The position numbers and the translations under genes are program-made. The notes below the pieces were generated by a model. It saw nothing but the letters and a program-made list of their open reading frames with translations. It was not told the DNA's origin and ran no database searches. DNA of 64,000 nt from Strigamia acuminata (Eukaryota): contig OX442314.1 in assembly GCA_949358305.1 (NCBI GenBank), forward strand, positions 7,378,001-7,442,000. The letters run 5' to 3'. Below, piece by piece: positions 61,501 to 64,000 of the stretch (positions are counted from its first letter, which is position 1; each line of letters starts with the position of its first letter).

Positions 61501-63714
61501 TCGTGATTGAACAATTGCCAGGGCGATATCTCATTGCAGGTGTTGTTAGTGTGTTTCAGTAATTGTAATCTGGTTTCGTCCATGGCATCATTTTGATTTT
61601 CACCACAGATCGTAAAGGACTGATATTCGGTGTAGCGACGTTGAACTATGCTAACCATTGTTGTTACTGGTTCATCAATGTAGTAGTTGATACGAATTTG
61701 CAACCAATATAAAGTGAATCCCGCAGTCACAAATACTAGCGCAAACTTAAACCTTTCTAAGACTCCATTTGTTATGGTTTTCTCTTTGCTTGCAATGGCT
61801 TTCTTCTTGCATGTCTCGTACAGGGGACGAATCTTATCGACGGATTTTTTTTGGTAAATATTTGTTGCAACATAATATAAATACCAAATGATATCAGGTA
61901 ATGAGATTACGGAGAGACCTAGGAACAGGCCCAGATTTCCTCCTAAATCTGACAGAAGAGCAATTGCGTCGTACGTGTATCGTTCTTCATACACGCTAAT
62001 TTTGTCATTAGCAATTGCTAGGGATACAGATACTGTACTTTGATCATCTCCTTTGCCTATTTCAGTGGAAGGTGTAAAGGTTATTTGATGACATGGACGT
62101 CGACAGAGACAAGCAGTAATGGGATTTGTGGTTTGAATCAACTGCTTGGCAGCATTGTAATGCATCTGTATGTCCTTTGAACATTTACAAAGCGGCAAAT
62201 CGATCTTCATGAAGGGAAATCTTTGATGGAACATTTGTAATCAGTATATTTTTATGTAGAACTACATCTTTCTCTCTACTAAGCGGGCTGCAACAATTGG
62301 ACCAGAATGTCATACACTCATAAGGAGCGGAAATGATGTAGGGTACGGAAATGACGTAGGGAACAGAAATTACGCAGAAAACGAAAATCACGTAGAAAAG
62401 AGAAACACCGTAGGGAACGAACGGAAATCAAGTAGGAAACGAACGGAAATCAAGTAGGAAACGAACTGAAATCAAGTAGGAAACGAACTGAAATCAAGTA
62501 GGAAACGAACGCAAATCAAGTAGGAAACGAACAGAAATGACGTAGGACATGGTAACTCAAACAAACAATGTGATTTATCATGGGCAGCCACGCTGTCTGT
62601 TGACTGTTTTGATTTCTTACCTGCATGTTAGCTTCTTAAATTTCTTCAATAGACACCTCAGATAACATTCTCTGTATTCGTTTTGACCGTAGCATTCATT
62701 TATAGGTGAATTCAGAAAAATGAACTAAAATTTTTCAATAAAAAATAAGGTAATGCATAGGAATTTTCGTTCTTTGATAAAATTTTACTTTGTTATAACT
62801 CAAATAAACTTTTGTTGTTCCACCGCCATATTGTTGTCCAACCCCGAAAAATTTTCCAAAATCGTAGAAATGAAGACCAAGCTAAGGGCGAAGGAAAGAA
62901 AAGTAGACTAGAATTATTTTTGCAATTTATTAAAATTACAAAGTATATCGGAGCAGGGCATATGTCATCATAATTTGTTTCTATTTTAGCTGTCACGACT
63001 TTTCCAACAAATGATTCGCTAGATGCCTTAGCTGTATATCATTATATCAATAAATAATAAAGTGCATTGAACTTGATGGTGGTAAATTTTGATTATGCTT
63101 ACGAAATTGAATTGATGAGCATATACCAACATGATTGATCATTTCTGTCAGAACAAATGTTTTGTTTGAATAAGAATATCCCTATACAAAATAAAAAGAT
63201 TTAAATAATTTTTTTTTAACCTATTTAAAATTACTTTATTCCATCTTTTTACTTTTATTTTTACGCTCACTACTTCTTTCGTCAAATTACTCGCTTCCCA
63301 AAGTTCCTCTAGACTGTAAGTTGGGTTTCCCATCAGTGTATTTACCATGTTCACGCATTCGTAACGTGATGGTTGGGATTTTGAGTTAGTTTTATTCCAA
63401 AGTCTCGACATTTCTTTTGTATTGCTACTATATATCAACAAATTTGGTAGAACGACCTCTTCTGACCTACTCGTTACATCAACAGCCGTAGGATAATTTA
63501 AGTAATGCATTATCCTATCGTAAATCTGATAAGTGAGCATGCATGTGCAAAATGAGAATAAGAGCAGCCAAAAGGTGTTTCGCTTTGTCCAATATTTTCT
63601 ACTGTTAATGAAATCATCCAAACCAACTAAGTTGCATCGAAGTTTATTTGCATCATCCTTCAACAATCGATGAATTGCAGGACGTAGTCTCCTCACCAAA
63701 TTATTATTCCGCAT
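58507..63714 (-). CDS. Tandem two-repeat DEG/ENaC channel, copy D (11 exons, 795 aa)
   Basis: Exons 63714-63253, 63181-63103, 63031-62940, 62881-62789, 62724-62621, 62220-61437, 61367-61283, 59555-59473, 59341-59246 (GC donor), 59180-59071, 58906-58507 sum to 2388 nt with no internal stop. Confidence 0.9.
59710..59914. mobile_element. Small TIR element in ENaC-D intron 7
   Basis: gatgtttcattcaaggcaatttt..cccca mirrored at the right end; eroded counterpart at 26088-26280. Confidence 0.55.
60150..60453 (+). pseudogene. Tc1-family transposase remnant in ENaC-D intron 7
   Basis: GGGNVKV*GAFSYKG..LVFISGRM...FQQ(fs)NAPIH and C-terminal WEEIDQMVLQKLIDGMKD*ICRLIEHKGSFTGY*, matching Tc1/Tc3 DDE motifs; stops and a deletion. 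Confidence 0.8.
62330..62550. repeat. 17-22-bp tandem repeat (gaaatcaagtaggaaacgaac) in ENaC-D intron 5
   Basis: Direct reading. Confidence 0.8.
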
Positions 63715-64000
63715 TGTATCTTATTTAAATCCAAGGTTTATTCTGTAATGACAATTGATGATTGATTACCGTATTTTGTCGATTAATTGCCGCGGCACTT
63801 ATTCAAAACTGCCATTTTTGTCGGCATTTACAATTTTGGTTTTTCATTTGTTACATTTGTTTAATGTAACAAACGAAGTCTGAACGTCACAAACGAAGCG
63901 TACGTTTATCGTTCGTGAGGTTAAATACTACTATTCGAGGGCGACTACAATTCAAGGGCGGCTACAGTTTGAGGGCGGCTACAATTCGAGGGCTACTCTG

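Overview
AT-rich, intron-containing animal (probably arthropod) genomic DNA; every gene I could resolve is on the minus strand. From left to right: the 5' part of a mitochondrial-type acetyl-CoA synthetase (ACSS1, runs off the left edge), two tandem arginase paralogues (the second has lost catalytic/metal-ligand residues but keeps an intact ORF), PDCD2/Zfrp8, and an intact Mag-like Gypsy LTR retrotransposon nested with a Tigger derivative inside a small TIR element. The right two thirds hold a tandem cluster of DEG/ENaC (pickpocket/ASIC-like) genes. The main result is that three of these (24776-30095, 40315-45594, 58507-63714) can be spliced by hand into intact 11-exon ORFs of about 795 aa, each encoding TWO complete ENaC subunits fused head to tail (TM1-ecto-TM2-linker-TM1-ecto-TM2). 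The junction lies inside a single stop-free exon, so it is not a gene-prediction fusion artefact, and it is unexpected for a family that assembles as trimers. An intact orphan block of the last three exons and decayed last-exon copies sit downstream of the genes. Intergenic DNA and introns are packed with MITEs, solo LTRs, a Mutator/foldback element, a TIR element carrying a captured zinc-finger exon and several minisatellites. Exon coordinates were read by eye; no database searches were run.
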